A stretch of 25,398 nt of DNA from Proteromonas lacertae. Lineage: Eukaryota. Location of the stretch: NCBI GenBank assembly GCA_002245135.1, contig NGBS01000029.1, positions 62,001-87,398 on the forward strand, given 5' to 3'. A program made the position numbers and the translations under genes. The notes under the pieces are model-generated. The model saw only the letters and a program-made list of their open reading frames with translations. It ran no database searches and was not told where the DNA came from. This document shows positions 23,427-25,398 of the stretch, in pieces. Position 1 is the first letter of the stretch. Every line of letters starts with the position of its first letter.

Positions 23427-24194
23427 TCATTCTTCTACCTCTCCCAAATCCTTATCACTTAAAGCGTTACCAAAGTTAATAGACTTAGCAGCACTAATAA
23501 AACCATTACTAATTACTTTCTTAGCAGGGAATGGTCTACGAGTACTAATTAAATCACTATCTTCTATCTTAGTTCTCTTAATTCTTGGAGGTGAAACAAA
23601 TTTGTTTTGATTAGCTTGTTCTTTCTTAATTTTCTTCTCATTACTTCTTCTAATAGTTGTAGCTAAATCAGGATTTTCATCATAACCAACAATATCACTA
23701 CAAACTCTATGATTAACAAAGTTTTGAGTACCATTACTCTTAATAGAGATTTGATTATCAACAACACTTACAGCAATTTTACTACCAACATCAACATCAG
23801 ATGGAACTCTATAGTTACTATTATCCCATATCATAATAGAATTGAAATTGTGGAAGTATTTAATACCATGTTGAGGTTCTCTACATCCTACACTAATCAA
23901 ATATCCACGAATGATTTTTTCTATAAAGTCATTCTCGTTTCTATCATAAATTTGTTTCAATACATATTTCACTTCATCAGCTGAATATGTTTCAAAATCT
24001 CTTCCATTATTAATTACAACTTTATGATCCAAATCATGAACAAAAGTAATCAATACATATTGACTAGTTTTAGTAGGCTTAACTGTAATACTCTCAACAG
24101 TTCCTTTAATAATCCACTTGTTACATAACTTTGGATTCTTGTAGTAATCACTGAATTCTACATCTGTAGCTTCATAGGGTGTTTCGTTACTCAT
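23427..24194 (-). CDS. Element protein, possible OB-fold ssDNA-binding protein
   Basis: Intact 255-aa ORF. Beta pattern WIIKGTVESITVKPTKTSQYVLITF ... IMIWD ... VDVGSKIAVSV resembles OB folds. Divergent from polB. Confidence 0.55.
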   Translation of the reverse strand: MSNETPYEATDVEFSDYYKNPKLCNKWIIKGTVESITVKPTKTSQYVLITFVHDLDHKVVINNGRDFETYSADEVKYVLKQIYDRNENDFIEKIIRGYLISVGCREPQHGIKYFHNFNSIMIWDNSNYRVPSDVDVGSKIAVSVVDNQISIKSNGTQNFVNHRVCSDIVGYDENPDLATTIRRSNEKKIKKEQANQNKFVSPPRIKRTKIEDSDLISTRRPFPAKKVISNGFISAAKSINFGNALSDKDLGEVEE

Positions 24195-24279
24195 TTTATA
24201 TAAGGGAGAGATGAAAATAAAAAATGATTAAAAAATGTCAAGAAAAATGAAAATGAAATTTTCTTTTTATTTTTAAAGT

Positions 24280-24309
24280 CGACCAATCAAATCATCCGAC
24301 CAATCAAAT
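24280..24309 (+). promoter_or_regulatory. Tandem CCAAT boxes in divergent promoter
   Basis: Perfect 13-bp direct repeat CGACCAATCAAAT at 24280-24292 and 24297-24309, between divergent ATGs at 24194 and 24355. Confidence 0.6.
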
Positions 24310-24354
24310 TTCATATTTCCATTTTTGATTTATTTCTCGAATTCTGTCTATATA

Positions 24355-25398
24355 ATGAGCAAACATAAAAAGCTTTTAAAAGCATTTTTTAAACTTCTAG
24401 AACAAACTTTTAATAAAATAAACATCATAAGCATAAGCATCGCCATCATCATAAACATAAACATATAGATGAACTACCACCAGAAGAAGCTCCAAAACGA
24501 AGATTAGCGCCATTATTTAGTACAGATGCTATTCAAAATAAAAAAAGATATAATAATGATATACCAATAATCAGTGATACATTCTTTGGTGGATTAATGC
24601 CTTCTTCCCTACCAAAACCTAACCAAAATCAAAGATTTAATGATAGAATACGTGATGCTAGAGAAGTTGATAAATCATCTCAAGGTGTTACCAGGAAATG
24701 GGTTTTCAATTATAATAATAGAAATTACAGTACACCACAACAATGTTATCATGATTTTGTTAATAATAGTGATATCAAAGATATATTACATGAACTAGCT
24801 GATACTATGAATATGATTAAATTTTTCTTTATTGTACGTTCAATTTATATACCTGATGAGTCTACTGACAGTGATGATGAAGTTTCTATATTTAGTCGTA
24901 GTAGACTATGTGAAATAACAAAAATGTCTACTGTAGGTGAAATACAAACTATACTGGAGAATATATTTACACAAATATCAGAAGATGATTCAAATCATCC
25001 TCAAAGTGGTCTTACTTTTGCTAGAGTAAATACTATAGAATTATATGTAACAAAATTTAAAGTGATACGTGGAAGTAGTTTTATTGTTTTACCTGCTAAA
25101 CTTCAAGGTCTTAGATGTTTAACAAATGTAATAAATGAAGATAATGAATGCTTTAAGTGGAGTGTACTATGCTCTTTATATTCTAATAATCTACAATGTA
25201 ATAAAGATAAACCTGAAAAATACAAAATGTATGAAAAGAAACATGATTGGAGTATGTTAACATTCCCTGTTGATGCTACAGACAATGAATCTATTGATAA
25301 GTTTGAAACAAAGAATCGACTAAATGTGAATATATTTTATATTGATATTGCTAAAGATAAAGAAGAAATATTCTTACCCATTCATTTATCTAAACAAA
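24355..25398 (+). CDS. N-terminal part of Polinton/adintovirus-type protein-primed DNA polymerase B (terminal-protein/vOTU-like region); runs off window
   Basis: Not in ORF track. ATG 24355, -1 shift near 24417, then open to the window end: SGLTFARVNTIELYVTKFKVIRGSSFIVLPAKL..LTNVINEDNECFKWSVLCSL..MLTFPV..IDKFETKNRLNVNIF, a hallmark of Polinton pPolB N-termini. Confidence 0.85.

Larger units (their letters stand above)
18946..25398. mobile_element. Polinton/Maverick-like (adintovirus-like) integrated DNA element, left part
   Basis: Abrupt change to intron-less ORFs, an rve integrase plus a Polinton-type pPolB N-terminus, a repeat-rich TGT-initiated putative end, and a truncated host gene at the junction. 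The left boundary is inferred and the right end lies outside the window. Confidence 0.8.

Overview
AT-rich, gene-dense eukaryotic (protist-like) genomic DNA. It uses the standard code and has very short GT(A)...TAG introns, mostly 25-37 nt, a Blastocystis/Proteromonas-like architecture (host identity is inference only). Positions 1 to ~18945 are host genes: the 3' end of a PPPGF-motif protein, a TSET-complex TTRAY1/TWD40-1-like WD40 protein with a C-terminal LamG domain, SEC62, four clustered TMBIM/Bax-inhibitor-1 (lifeguard) paralogs flanking a decayed pogo/Tigger-like transposon, a coiled-coil-thioredoxin-PUB-STI1-UIM protein, an 8TM+EF-hand+TM+beta-repeat membrane protein, and a 5'-truncated gene. 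From ~18946 to the window end lies an intron-less, virus-like Polinton/Maverick (adintovirus-like) element. It has a repeat/hairpin-rich putative left end, four to five orphan ORFs, an rve integrase, an OB-fold-like ORF and the N-terminus of a protein-primed PolB. Single-base frameshifts occur in both host and element genes and are most likely assembly errors. All family calls come from motif recognition by eye, not from database searches.
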